A stretch of DNA of 35,313 nucleotides from a virus (IMGVR_UViG_3300050026_000116:1-35313); one strand, 5' to 3'; counted from the stretch's first letter, positions 1 through 9,457 are shown. Numbers and translations: made by a program. Notes: generated by a model from the sequence alone, not told the origin.

Positions 1-2
1 AC

Positions 3-1904
3 TCAGGGGCAAACAGGGTGCTCATATACAATCCAACAAATTGGACTTACACTGGAACGAATATCACAATCGTTAATCCTCCTTACGGCGGCGGAAGCGG
101 ATACTCCGGCATGGCCCTAAGCGGACTGGACAGCAACACACTTTATTTTGACGGCAGGCCGCCAACTGGATTCCCACTACTGAACAACACAAATGTCTTT
201 TTCACCTATTCCCTGAACCCACAAACCGGCATAATGACCACCTTGATAAATAAGTTCACCACAAATTTTGGTCAGTATTATACTGGCGGCGACGTGAAGG
301 TGCTTCCCATTGATCCCGTGTCGCATACTTACAATCCGCACATAATCTATTGGCTTGGGAATGGTGTTGGAACATTGGTGTCGAATGTGTATGGTTCAAA
401 CGCGATGTTGATTCCTAATCAGATCATTTCGTATAGCGTGGATACAACTAACCAACCAGTCGCTTTGAATGCGACTGGGATCAGCAGCATCCCTTTCCCA
501 GTGTTTAATACTAATGCCAATCTTGGTCATGTCGCGTATATCGCACCTTTGACGCTTGATATGCCGATTGGCGGGTCTATTTTTTGGGACGGCGGTGGTT
601 CTAACTTTACAAACACTGGGAACTTAAGCGCAGCGATTGCCTCCAATCAAACCTTCAACATCTTTGATCGAGGTGGGGCGGGATCACTTGTTTTCACACC
701 AAGAACCAGCACAATAAGTGCGACGGGAAATGGCGGAAACACGGTGAACTTTTCTGGGACTGTTAATGCAAACCTTCTACAATCTGCTGGTGGATCGGCA
801 CTTTTCATAAATGGGTCAACAACTCCACCTGTGTCTCGTGGAACGGCATGGTGGCTGTGGGTTTCAAACAGTGTGCCTTACTCGGTTTCACCTGCTGGCA
901 CAAACGCTTTCGCGCTGCAAGGGGCATCCCCTTCATTCGGCACGGTGACCGCCACCAGCTTCAGCGGCAGCGGCAACGCGTTGACGGGCACGAACCAAGC
1001 CAACTCCGGCAACCTCCAGAGCGGCGGCACGAACGGCGCGGCGGGCATGGTGCCGACCTTCACCGGCGCCGGCGGGACATGGACGGCTCAGACGCCCAGC
1101 GGCGGTGTCACACTGACCCAGTTGAACACGGTGGCAACCAATGCGACCAATTACACAGCGACAACGATTGCGAATGGTTTCAACACCGCTACTATCGGAA
1201 TCACGAATAGCCCCGCGAGTTTCACCATATTGACAACGGCCAATGGGCAGATTTACGAACCTTATGCTTTCCAAGGCGGCCAGTTTTGGCGGCAGTTCGT
1301 CCTTAGCAATGTGTGGAATCTTCAGGATGCGAATGCGGCAAATGCAATCACAGTCAGCAACATTACCGATACGGTGAATTTCGCGGGCAACATCAATGGA
1401 GCGAGCAACCTCAACCTCGGCGGCCCGATCACGAGCGCAGCAGGCAGTAACAACTTGCAGGCGCTGAACGTGGTAGGGAACCTGTCGGCGGGGAGCATAT
1501 CCTACGTTCAAACCAATGGGCCTCCGGTAACGAATAATATCGTCACGCAAAGCGGCACGAACATGATTGTTCTGGACGGGACAAATCTTTGGCAGTGGGC
1601 AAACCCATTCTACTATGTTGCGTTGACGGCAAGTTCGGTTGTGCGACTGAGCAACTGGCCATCAGGAACAACGATCACTTTACAGGTTCAAAATAGCACA
1701 GGCTTTGCAACGAACACGCTCAACTATTACACCAATCAATCTACTTCCGGGAGCTATGGATGCGGAGTGCAGCCAAACGTATCTGGGCAGTTTGTAGCCA
1801 TGCCAAACAATGATGCCGGGTGTATCTTGATGGATCAGTTCCTGATTCTGTCTGGGCCAACCAATAGCGCGTGGTTAGGAGTTCAAAACCCGATTATTCG
1901 ATAA
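3..1904 (+). CDS. 5'-truncated Thr/Asn/Gly/Ser-rich beta protein, probable fibre or adhesin-like surface protein
   Basis: Frame is open to the window edge (SGANRVLIY...). Fibre-like motif GTVTATSFSGSGNALT. Only about 2 Lys and 1 Glu in 628 aa. Stop overlaps the next ATG (TAATG). Confidence 0.65.
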   Translation, partial: SGANRVLIYNPTNWTYTGTNITIVNPPYGGGSGYSGMALSGLDSNTLYFDGRPPTGFPLLNNTNVFFTYSLNPQTGIMTTLINKFTTNFGQYYTGGDVKVLPIDPVSHTYNPHIIYWLGNGVGTLVSNVYGSNAMLIPNQIISYSVDTTNQPVALNATGISSIPFPVFNTNANLGHVAYIAPLTLDMPIGGSIFWDGGGSNFTNTGNLSAAIASNQTFNIFDRGGAGSLVFTPRTSTISATGNGGNTVNFSGTVNANLLQSAGGSALFINGSTTPPVSRGTAWWLWVSNSVPYSVSPAGTNAFALQGASPSFGTVTATSFSGSGNALTGTNQANSGNLQSGGTNGAAGMVPTFTGAGGTWTAQTPSGGVTLTQLNTVATNATNYTATTIANGFNTATIGITNSPASFTILTTANGQIYEPYAFQGGQFWRQFVLSNVWNLQDANAANAITVSNITDTVNFAGNINGASNLNLGGPITSAAGSNNLQALNVVGNLSAGSISYVQTNGPPVTNNIVTQSGTNMIVLDGTNLWQWANPFYYVALTASSVVRLSNWPSGTTITLQVQNSTGFATNTLNYYTNQSTSGSYGCGVQPNVSGQFVAMPNNDAGCILMDQFLILSGPTNSAWLGVQNPIIR

Positions 1905-2575
1905 TGAAAACAACACTTCTTTTACTTCTCTGCTGCTCGCGTTGCTTTGCGGGGATGCTAATGCAGAGCGCCATCCCAAGTAACGTCGGGTGGTGGCCTA
2001 TGAATGAAGGTTCAGGAACGAACTTAACCGATTATTCCGTGTCTGGAAAGCCAATGCAGGTTTATGCCAGCCCGCTGTGGACAAATGGTTTGTTTGGTGG
2101 CGAGATCATCTTCACCAATACGGCAAGCCAATATGCCCATACGGCAACCGCACTGACTGTGACAAGCTACACAATTAGTATTTGGGCTTACTATTATAGT
2201 ATTTCGGGAAGTCAGAGTGCTTTTGGCAATGGGAATCCTGGTTCAAGCGGCACGCTTTTATTCACATCGGCGGGTGTGCCTACCGTGTTGCATGGAGCAC
2301 ACGGGCAGGTGTCTGGTGGAACAGCTACTCAAAACGCATGGATTAACTTGTGCGCGACTTACAATGGAACGACTATCACAATCTACACAAATGGCGTATA
2401 TGACACAAGTGGAAATCAATCAATGACTGCTCCCGCCACCTATGAGTCTATTGCTGGGGCGTCTGGAAACTATGCTTATGGTGGATTTAGCGATCCTCGG
2501 ATTTACAACCGAGCATTAACTTCGAATGAAGTATGGAAACTATACGGGGCTGGCTACGGCTGCCCAACGCAATGA
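1904..2575 (+). CDS. LamG / concanavalin A-like lectin domain protein with N-terminal signal peptide
   Basis: Motifs VGWWPMNEGSGT..DYS, YTISIW, WINLCATYNGT..IYTNG and DPRIYNRALTSNEV..LY are typical of Laminin_G_3. Start moved to ATG 1904 (MKTTLLLLLCCSRCFA), coupled to the upstream stop. Confidence 0.88.
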   Translation: MKTTLLLLLCCSRCFAGMLMQSAIPSNVGWWPMNEGSGTNLTDYSVSGKPMQVYASPLWTNGLFGGEIIFTNTASQYAHTATALTVTSYTISIWAYYYSISGSQSAFGNGNPGSSGTLLFTSAGVPTVLHGAHGQVSGGTATQNAWINLCATYNGTTITIYTNGVYDTSGNQSMTAPATYESIAGASGNYAYGGFSDPRIYNRALTSNEVWKLYGAGYGCPTQ

Positions 2576-2949
2576 AACACTTTTTCACACTCATTCTACT
2601 CTGTCTCTGCCTCTGTCTCACGGCGCGGGCGCAGAGTCCTGTTGGAAGCAACTATATAACTGTAGCTTGGAATCCAATTCCAGTAGCATCAAGCTATACG
2701 GTCTATGCTGGCTTGGAGAGCAACAATCTCACAATGAGTTGGACTGCTACGTCTAATCAAGTCACCGTGTTAGCGCCTGTCGGAGTGCTTTACATTGCGG
2801 CAACCTCTACAGTAAATGGATTGGAGTGTCCTTACTCAGCCGTGATTTGCGGCACGAACTATCAGCAGCCAATTACTGGACTGACATGGACAAATAATAT
2901 CACCAATGTGGGGATAACAACTATAATTTTCAACATCAATAACCATTAA
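2572..2949 (+). CDS. Small exported fibronectin type III-like protein
   Basis: Signal peptide MKHFFTLILLCLCLCLTARA-Q. FN3-like pattern ITVAWNP..ASSYTVY...YIAATS..NGLECPYS. ATGA overlap at 2572. Confidence 0.72.
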   Translation: MKHFFTLILLCLCLCLTARAQSPVGSNYITVAWNPIPVASSYTVYAGLESNNLTMSWTATSNQVTVLAPVGVLYIAATSTVNGLECPYSAVICGTNYQQPITGLTWTNNITNVGITTIIFNINNH

Positions 2950-2952
2950 CTC

Positions 2953-3297
2953 ATGAATCCACAAGAACAAGCGCATAATGACTTACTTGACAACAGAGAA
3001 GCAGCTAAGGTATCAGCTAGTATTTCTGACGCCATTACAATAAAGCAAGCCACATTTGGTCATATCTTACAAATGTTAGTTCTTGGTTGTGTTGGTATTG
3101 TTGGTTTCTTTCTACAAAAAGAAGTTTCAATGAACCGCGAAACTCATGATACAGTTATTCAACATGGTGCTGCATTGAATGATATGTCAAACCATCTTGA
3201 TAGAATTGAAGAGAAAATGAAACGTAATTCTTTAATAGATCGTAGCATTGATTCAACTAATGTTACTTTGATTTCTGGATTGGTTAGCAATAAATAA
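2953..3297 (+). CDS. Membrane protein with one TM segment and a coiled-coil tail (lysis-cassette-like)
   Basis: Hydrophobic ILQMLVLGCVGIVGFFL followed by LNDMSNHLDRIEEKM. Confidence 0.65.
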   Translation: MNPQEQAHNDLLDNREAAKVSASISDAITIKQATFGHILQMLVLGCVGIVGFFLQKEVSMNRETHDTVIQHGAALNDMSNHLDRIEEKMKRNSLIDRSIDSTNVTLISGLVSNK

Positions 3298-3301
3298 ACA
3301 A

Positions 3302-3430
3302 ATGAACGACCCTAAGATAGTTTTAGTTGGAATAGCTTTGGTATTAGCTGTTGTTGCTATTATCAAACCAACATGGCCTCTGTGCGCAGTTGCTATTATA
3401 CTGATTAGCACATATCTGTTAATGAAATAA
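3302..3430 (+). CDS. 42-aa two-helix membrane peptide (not in the ORF track)
   Basis: Translated by hand: MNDPKIVLVGIALVLAVVAIIKPTWPLCAVAIILISTYLLMK*. Fills the gap between its neighbours exactly. Confidence 0.75.
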   Translation: MNDPKIVLVGIALVLAVVAIIKPTWPLCAVAIILISTYLLMK

Positions 3431-3433
3431 ACT

Positions 3434-3739
3434 ATGACAAAAACAAACATGAAACTCGCACTGGACTGCATTGCAGTAGCTTGTATGGCACTTGGTGGTG
3501 CATCAACTATTCCAGGAACAGGACTTCCTCCACAGTTTCTTGCTTGGGGGTTGATTATTGGATCGGTTGCTAAAGCTGTATCTAGTCAACTTTCTCAAGT
3601 TAAGGGAAACTCTGATGAAACTCAGGGCATCACCCCCTCACAAATTGCTACTTCACAGGCAATTCATGATGCTGCAAAAACTCCTGTTATTGCAGTGCAA
3701 ACTCCTATTCAAACTGTAACTCCAACTCCATCGAAATAA
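3434..3739 (+). CDS. Membrane protein, holin-like
   Basis: Two hydrophobic segments followed by a Pro/Thr-rich tail; lies in the membrane-protein cluster. Confidence 0.55.
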   Translation: MTKTNMKLALDCIAVACMALGGASTIPGTGLPPQFLAWGLIIGSVAKAVSSQLSQVKGNSDETQGITPSQIATSQAIHDAAKTPVIAVQTPIQTVTPTPSK

Positions 3740-3743
3740 CAAC

Positions 3744-4172
3744 ATGAAACGTAATCTCCTCATGCCAACATTGTTGGCTCTAACTATTACTGCAACAATC
3801 TTTTCTGGTTGTGCAAAACTTCAACCAGGGGCTGATCCTATTGTTGTTCGTGCTGAACAACTTGAAACTACAGCTTATAGCACATTCGATACATTCCTCA
3901 AGTTGGACGATATTGCAATGGCTAATACTACAATTGCTCCTACTTGGACTAATTCTGCACATCCATTTGCAACATATCTTCGCAAGCCAGTTCAGAATGG
4001 AACAAATACAGTGCCTTTTGGTATTGCTACTGTTCTATCACTCGATCAAGTTAAGTTGGCTTATCAAGCTGGAACAACTAGTTCCAACGCACTTGTAACT
4101 GCTATCACTGTTCTGACTACCACAATTAGTCAGGTTTCACAATATACATCGTTAATCTCAACAAACAAATAA
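3744..4172 (+). CDS. Predicted lipoprotein
   Basis: MKRNLLMPTLLALTITATIFSG-C: basic N-region, hydrophobic core and lipobox; helical mature part. Confidence 0.75.
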   Translation: MKRNLLMPTLLALTITATIFSGCAKLQPGADPIVVRAEQLETTAYSTFDTFLKLDDIAMANTTIAPTWTNSAHPFATYLRKPVQNGTNTVPFGIATVLSLDQVKLAYQAGTTSSNALVTAITVLTTTISQVSQYTSLISTNK

Positions 4173-4178
4173 CAACTT

Positions 4179-4367
4179 ATGGCTGCAATTATTCCCATTT
4201 TTATCGAAGCACTTCCCAGTCTTTTTTCTGCTGGTGAGTCATTGTATAGTTACATCACCAACATGAAAACAACCTTGTCACAAGATGCGGCATGGACTTC
4301 TGTTCAAGACCAACAGTGGCAGCAGGCACTTATCGCCGCCGGAAAATCTCCGGAATGGCTCGGGTAA
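4179..4367 (+). CDS. Small amphipathic hypothetical protein
   Basis: 62-aa ORF filling the gap; hydrophobic/amphipathic N-terminus; A-rich leader. Confidence 0.65.
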   Translation: MAAIIPIFIEALPSLFSAGESLYSYITNMKTTLSQDAAWTSVQDQQWQQALIAAGKSPEWLG

Positions 4368-4390
4368 ATCTACATGGCTGTATTGTTGAG

Positions 4391-4403
4391 GTCATTAAAT
4401 GAC
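4391..4403. promoter_or_regulatory. 13-bp palindrome GTCATTWAATGAC, copy 1
   Basis: GTCATTAAATGAC, 8 nt upstream of the portal ATG (4412). Confidence 0.85.
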
Positions 4404-4411
4404 ACGCACTT

Positions 4412-6400
4412 ATGGATGATAAAATTCTAAAAGAGTTAAAAGAGCGAGAGTCTACTCCGTTTATCCAACAAATGCTTGAAGACACTAGAGCATTAGTGTC
4501 TATCAGCAGACGAAAGATGACAGAATACTACCCTTGTTGGGACAAAAACGACGATATTTATCGTTCCATAAAACAGCGTGATAAGTCTGATATTCTAGCC
4601 TTTGAACGCAATGAACCGGAGAAGATGGTCGTTCCAATCTCTTTCGCCCAGATTCAAACGTTCGTTGCGTTCTGTTTCCTTCTTTACTATCAACGAGATA
4701 GGTTTTTTGAGTTGGATGGATTTACCGCAGAGGATGATAAACCCGCAAAAGTGGGTGAGGCGTTGTTAGCCCGTGACCTAACTAAGAATGTTTTTGAAGC
4801 GAAGTTGGTGCAATATCTTTTGGACATTGCTCGTTTTGGGATTGGAGTATTGAAGGTTTCATGGAGCGTGGAAAAGCAGATGGTGCGTAAAGAAACGCCT
4901 AAAATTGCTCCGACGTTTCTGGGGGTGAAAATGGGTAAAGATACTGTAGAAGAAACTGTTGAATGGGCGACGGCGTTTGAGGGTAATCGTATAACCAACA
5001 TAAGCCCTTACCGATTTTTTCCTGATGTGCGTTTACCTTTAACCCGTTTTCAAGAAGGAGAATTTTGTGCAAGTGAAGATTTGTATTCAATGTCGCAACT
5101 TAAACAATGGGAGCATGATGGTATCATTGCCGGAGTTGACCACATTAAACCACTTGGTAAAGACATCGCACAAGACAGAGGGTATCGTTGGGATACTGGA
5201 CTTGATCCGGGCGGCGCTCTTACACAAGGCGCGGGAATCAAGGGAGACGGTCAGACAAAAAAGACTGTTATCATTACTGAATGTCAACGCACGATTATCC
5301 CATCGCAGTATGAAGTCGACGGTGAGCCACTCGGAGAAGAAGATTACCCAATAAAATACAACGTATGGATTGCTAACGACAATCGAGTGATAAAGTGCGA
5401 GCCAATGAATTACTTGCACAACGAGTTTACTTTCGGCGTTGGGCAGTTCATATACGACAACAACGTGCTTCTGTCGCCTGGATTATCAGATGTTATCGAC
5501 CAGTTACAGAACGTCATCTCTTGGTTTATCAATTCACGTATTACCAATGTTCGTAAGGTTATTGCGGATAAGTTGATTGTGAACACCTCAATGGTGAACA
5601 TGTCAGACCTCACAAATCGAAAGCCGATTATTAGGTTGACTGGAGCGGCCACTGGTGATATTGACAAATATATAAAGCAGTTGCAGTTGCAAGATGTCAC
5701 TATCCAGCACATCGCTGACGTTAAGGACTTACACGACATCTTGAAAATGGTGACAGGTATTCAAGACTCTTTGCTTGGTGAGGTGCGTCCCGGACATCGT
5801 TCAGCGACGGAGAACCGTAATACAACAACAGGAGCAGCTTCGCGTAATAAAACCTTAGCCGCTGTTATTTTCAGAAGTGGACTTGAGCCGATTGGACGGC
5901 AGATGTTGTCTAACTTACGTGATGGTCTCGACGAAGAGACTTATGTCCGCGTGCTACAGTCTAAAGCACAAGCCACTCCTGAGTTTATTAAGGTGACGAA
6001 AAAAGACCTTGTTGGCCATTATGATTTTGAAGTGTTTGACGGGACGTTGCCCTCTGACCGTTATCACATTGCAGAGGCAATAGACGAACTGTTACAAGCA
6101 CTTCTTAAAAACCCACAAGCGGCGATGTATCTTGGTATGGACCCAAAGAAACTTCTTATGGAGTCGTTGCAGCTTAGGGGAGTAAGAAACCCAGAGCGTT
6201 TTGCTCTACAACCGGAGCCAAATCCAAATGTTATTGAACCAGGCGCAGGCCAAGCCGTTGCCGGAGGACCCGGAGTTAATCCTGCGGGGACTGCGGGAGC
6301 TATACCAGAATCCTTATTACCGTTACTTACTGGAGCAACTAGCGGTGGAGGAAATAACGGCGACGGCGGAGGTGTTCCAAGTGCTGGAACCCGCCAGTGA
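4412..6400 (+). CDS. Portal protein
   Basis: 662 aa; podovirus portal-like segments (DIARFGIGVLKV, NISPYRFFPD, I..VTGI.D.LLG..SATE); directly before scaffold and capsid. Confidence 0.9.
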   Translation: MDDKILKELKERESTPFIQQMLEDTRALVSISRRKMTEYYPCWDKNDDIYRSIKQRDKSDILAFERNEPEKMVVPISFAQIQTFVAFCFLLYYQRDRFFELDGFTAEDDKPAKVGEALLARDLTKNVFEAKLVQYLLDIARFGIGVLKVSWSVEKQMVRKETPKIAPTFLGVKMGKDTVEETVEWATAFEGNRITNISPYRFFPDVRLPLTRFQEGEFCASEDLYSMSQLKQWEHDGIIAGVDHIKPLGKDIAQDRGYRWDTGLDPGGALTQGAGIKGDGQTKKTVIITECQRTIIPSQYEVDGEPLGEEDYPIKYNVWIANDNRVIKCEPMNYLHNEFTFGVGQFIYDNNVLLSPGLSDVIDQLQNVISWFINSRITNVRKVIADKLIVNTSMVNMSDLTNRKPIIRLTGAATGDIDKYIKQLQLQDVTIQHIADVKDLHDILKMVTGIQDSLLGEVRPGHRSATENRNTTTGAASRNKTLAAVIFRSGLEPIGRQMLSNLRDGLDEETYVRVLQSKAQATPEFIKVTKKDLVGHYDFEVFDGTLPSDRYHIAEAIDELLQALLKNPQAAMYLGMDPKKLLMESLQLRGVRNPERFALQPEPNPNVIEPGAGQAVAGGPGVNPAGTAGAIPESLLPLLTGATSGGGNNGDGGGVPSAGTRQ

Positions 6401-6533
6401 ACATTTCAAAAATGTAGGATTAACCTTGGGGTTAGTCCGTTTGAAAGACATACATCTAGGTAAAATAAAAGACCTAGAAGAAACCATAAAGGAACAAAAT
6501 GCTGAACAGAACGTTGATGTTACTAAGTCCTGA
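6228..6533 (+). CDS. Small helical protein overlapping the portal C-terminus
   Basis: ATG at 6228 gives 101 aa of protein-like helical sequence (LRELYQNPYYRYLLEQL). It bridges the otherwise empty portal-scaffold gap. Confidence 0.6.
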   Translation: MLLNQAQAKPLPEDPELILRGLRELYQNPYYRYLLEQLAVEEITATAEVFQVLEPASEHFKNVGLTLGLVRLKDIHLGKIKDLEETIKEQNAEQNVDVTKS

Positions 6534-7389
6534 CGCTACTGACGGTGGCGGCACGGGCACAGCGACCGTAGAAGGTACTGGTGAGAGTGGAGAACAGTTA
6601 TTTGAAGGTGCAGGTGCAGCCGGTGGTGAAGCGGCGGGTGGTAGTGGTGAGTCTGGCCCTGGTGAAGCGGGGGAGGGTAGTGAAGCGGCTGTTGCAGACG
6701 CGGCGGATGTTCCTACCAGTCTCACCAAAGATGACATAGCTTCGATACTTCGAGAAGCGGGTATTGGTGCGCAACCTACCGCTAAGGCACAGCCAGAAGC
6801 AAAGACCCCACCAACTCAGGACGAGTTGGAAAAGATGTTTAATGTCTGGAAACCGTCAGCGGAGTTGATTGCTCAACTACGGGCTGAAAAACCCGAAGAC
6901 GCTGTTGCGGCGATTGTTGCCATGCGTGACGGTATGCTTAAGCAAGTGATGACTATGGTTGAGTATCGCACGAAGCAAATCATGGATAAACTGCACGCGG
7001 ATAATATAGCACCGTTGCAACAGTATGTCAGCGAAGCACAGGCTACTTCGTTTAGGAATGACTTTTTCGTTAAGTATCCTGACCTTAACAAGTATGAAGC
7101 GCTGGTTGACGCTGTTGCGGCGAAGTTGCAACAGAGTGGGTTCCATGCGGATAATCGTGACGCAGTGATGGCAAAGTTCGCTGAGGAAACGCAGAAAGTT
7201 GTAACACAATTAACAGGTGGTCAAGCGGCGGCCGGTGCTAATAACGGTAAAGGTGGCAAAGCAGCGGCAACGTCTGGCAAAGGTAAGATGTCGACTTTGT
7301 CGACCGGTGGCGCCGCGACCGCGGGTAAAGGTGGTAGTGGCGGCGGCACAGCAGCCAAAGGCCCACCGGGGATCGAAATTTTTGACTAG
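6499..7389 (+). CDS. Capsid scaffolding protein
   Basis: Acidic Gly/Glu-rich N-terminus, helical core and Gly/Lys-rich tail; lies between portal and capsid. Confidence 0.8.
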   Translation: MLNRTLMLLSPDATDGGGTGTATVEGTGESGEQLFEGAGAAGGEAAGGSGESGPGEAGEGSEAAVADAADVPTSLTKDDIASILREAGIGAQPTAKAQPEAKTPPTQDELEKMFNVWKPSAELIAQLRAEKPEDAVAAIVAMRDGMLKQVMTMVEYRTKQIMDKLHADNIAPLQQYVSEAQATSFRNDFFVKYPDLNKYEALVDAVAAKLQQSGFHADNRDAVMAKFAEETQKVVTQLTGGQAAAGANNGKGGKAAATSGKGKMSTLSTGGAATAGKGGSGGGTAAKGPPGIEIFD

Positions 7390-7459
7390 AGTGTTTTAGT
7401 CAAACTAAGTCCACGCATTGTTGCGGAGGGCATTAACACAAAAAAGAAAGTAAACAAAC

Positions 7460-8920
7460 ATGGCAATCTTAGGCTTAGTTAGCACTGAGAGTGTTAGTGC
7501 CGAACGGTGGACGAACATCCGTAGAAAGGTGTTCTACCAATACCCGAATGGCTCTGCACCCCTCATCGGCTTGTTGTCGATGATGAAAGAGGAAGTAACA
7601 AACGACCCAGAGTTCTCGTGGTGGGAAAAGCGTCTGCTTGAACAGACGACTACTACCGTCGCGATGAACTCTGGTGGTCCGTTTGGTAAGACCTCGTCTG
7701 CGTATTACACAGACTTCAACGGCACATCGGATGCAATGGCGTTTAGCGCAACGGCCCCAGTGACGTATGGAGTGGCAGTGGCTGATGCGTCGTTGTTCCG
7801 CCCTGGACACCTTATCAGGATTCAAGGAGTGGTGTCATACTCAACCGGTTACACCTTTGATGTGATTGGTCGGGTTGTTTCCACTAGCGCCACGGGTAAT
7901 GGTAACAGTGGCCCTATCATCACGTTCACAGTAATCTCCCTCCGGCCTAATAGTGCTGGAGGCACGGCATCAGGTATTCCTACAAACGCCGCTTCTGGCG
8001 CAACTTCAAGCGTCGGCTTGGCTGTGTCGGTTGTTGGTTCTGCGTTTGCACAAGGCGTGGTTGACCTCTCGAAGGAGGTTTACTACCTGCCTATCAATCC
8101 GGGTAATAATTCCCAGATTTTCCGTACACCGTTTAGCTTCACTGGTTCAGCTCTTGTGACTCCTGTGAAGTTTGACGACACGGGTATCTATAAGGACAAA
8201 GCCAAGTCGCACAGTATCGACCACATGGTTGAGATGGAATTATCGGTGATCTTTGGTGCGAAGTCGAAGACGGTGGTTACAGGCAATGCCGACCCGACGA
8301 CGGGAGTAGGACTTCCAGTCTACACGTTCGATGGTATCATTGCGTTTCTCAATAACTGGGAAGCTCAGTATTCTATCTATCGTGGTGGTGATGGAGTTGC
8401 CTCTGGCCCTGCGGCGGTTACTGCTGATACTGACGACAACAAGCGTATCATCGTGAACTCCGCTGGCACTATGTCGGAGGATACTTACGATGGTTATCTT
8501 GAACGTCTGTTCCGCACGACGTCGAACGTCTCTAACGAGAAACTCTGCCTTTGCGGCAGCGGGTTCTTGAAGGTGATGAACGAACTCTGGCGGTCGCAGT
8601 CGACGTTGGTTTACCATCCTCCCACCGGAGACACCTTCGGCATGGAATTGGTAGCAACGAAAACAGCGTTTGGCACGGTTTATTACAAGACTCATCCGTT
8701 GTTCTCGCGGAATAGTACGCTGCGTTACAACGCGCTGTATCTCGACGTCCACAACCTGCGTTATCGTCCTATGGACAGGCGCGACACGCAGTTGCTCAAG
8801 AATCGTCAGCCTAACGACGCGGACTATCGTAAGGACGAATGGTTCACGGAGTTCGGCCTTGAGCTGCGTATGCCGGAGTCGTTCATGTATATCCAAAACG
8901 TCCAGAATTACGTTCCATAA
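7460..8920 (+). CDS. Major capsid protein (HK97 fold, DUF5309/SU10-like)
   Basis: Motifs PEFSWWEK, NNSQIFRTPFSFTGSA, H..EMELSVIFG and DYRKDEWFTEFGLE; C-ending codon bias and A-rich leader suggest high expression. Confidence 0.9.
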   Translation: MAILGLVSTESVSAERWTNIRRKVFYQYPNGSAPLIGLLSMMKEEVTNDPEFSWWEKRLLEQTTTTVAMNSGGPFGKTSSAYYTDFNGTSDAMAFSATAPVTYGVAVADASLFRPGHLIRIQGVVSYSTGYTFDVIGRVVSTSATGNGNSGPIITFTVISLRPNSAGGTASGIPTNAASGATSSVGLAVSVVGSAFAQGVVDLSKEVYYLPINPGNNSQIFRTPFSFTGSALVTPVKFDDTGIYKDKAKSHSIDHMVEMELSVIFGAKSKTVVTGNADPTTGVGLPVYTFDGIIAFLNNWEAQYSIYRGGDGVASGPAAVTADTDDNKRIIVNSAGTMSEDTYDGYLERLFRTTSNVSNEKLCLCGSGFLKVMNELWRSQSTLVYHPPTGDTFGMELVATKTAFGTVYYKTHPLFSRNSTLRYNALYLDVHNLRYRPMDRRDTQLLKNRQPNDADYRKDEWFTEFGLELRMPESFMYIQNVQNYVP

Positions 8921-8923
8921 TCT

Positions 8924-9238
8924 ATGGCTAATTACTCAGGCACTCCAGCAAACGTTACAGCTTATCGCTTTGGAGGAACAGCGTCAAAGAAAAAACTGAT
9001 GAAGACGATGACACTTACCCTCTCAACTATGGGTGGTGCCACAAACAACATCCCTGCGTCGGTGCTCGGTTTTACAAAGATCGAGGCTTCGTCAAGTGCG
9101 GTGTTGAGCGACAACAGTGCGATTTATCCGACTTCGCCGTCGTATGATGGAACACTGTTGTTAATCGGTGGAGGCTCTAGTGGCGCTCCGCAAGACCTCG
9201 GTAGTGTAACAATAAGAGTAACCGTTTGGGGTTACTAG
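8924..9238 (+). CDS. Putative capsid decoration/cement protein
   Basis: 104-aa beta-rich ORF right after the capsid gene, ending VTIRVTVWGY. Confidence 0.65.
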   Translation: MANYSGTPANVTAYRFGGTASKKKLMKTMTLTLSTMGGATNNIPASVLGFTKIEASSSAVLSDNSAIYPTSPSYDGTLLLIGGGSSGAPQDLGSVTIRVTVWGY

Positions 9239-9252
9239 AAAGTCAAACGCAC

Positions 9253-9444
9253 ATGGACAGAAACACAAACCTCAGAGACATGGACGCTCCTGGAGTTGCT
9301 AGTGGTAAAGAAGCTGGCGACACGGTTCTTTCGCATACGGCGGTTTATCCGTCGAAAGCGGAGACTGGGAGTAACACGCTTGAAGAACTTGTGACTGAAA
9401 AGCAGCCTGTGAAAGGTGCTAGTGGTCAGGCGAAGTTCAAGTAA
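9253..9444 (+). CDS. Small hypothetical virion-region protein
   Basis: 63 aa from ATG 9253 (MDRNTNL...); ends just before the terminator. Confidence 0.65.
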   Translation: MDRNTNLRDMDAPGVASGKEAGDTVLSHTAVYPSKAETGSNTLEELVTEKQPVKGASGQAKFK

Positions 9445-9457
9445 GCGGTGAATCAAT

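Noticed and set aside
3-1904. Enrichment of N-x-S/T glycosylation sequons
   Set aside because: About 16 by hand count, roughly what the high Asn/Ser/Thr content predicts; only the TN dipeptide bias stood out.
8918-8926. Stop read-through fusing capsid to the next in-frame gene (TAA TCT ATG)
   Set aside because: TAA is a strong stop and the same TAA-NNN-ATG spacing recurs at 2949, 3430 and 11736, so it looks like ordinary gene packing.
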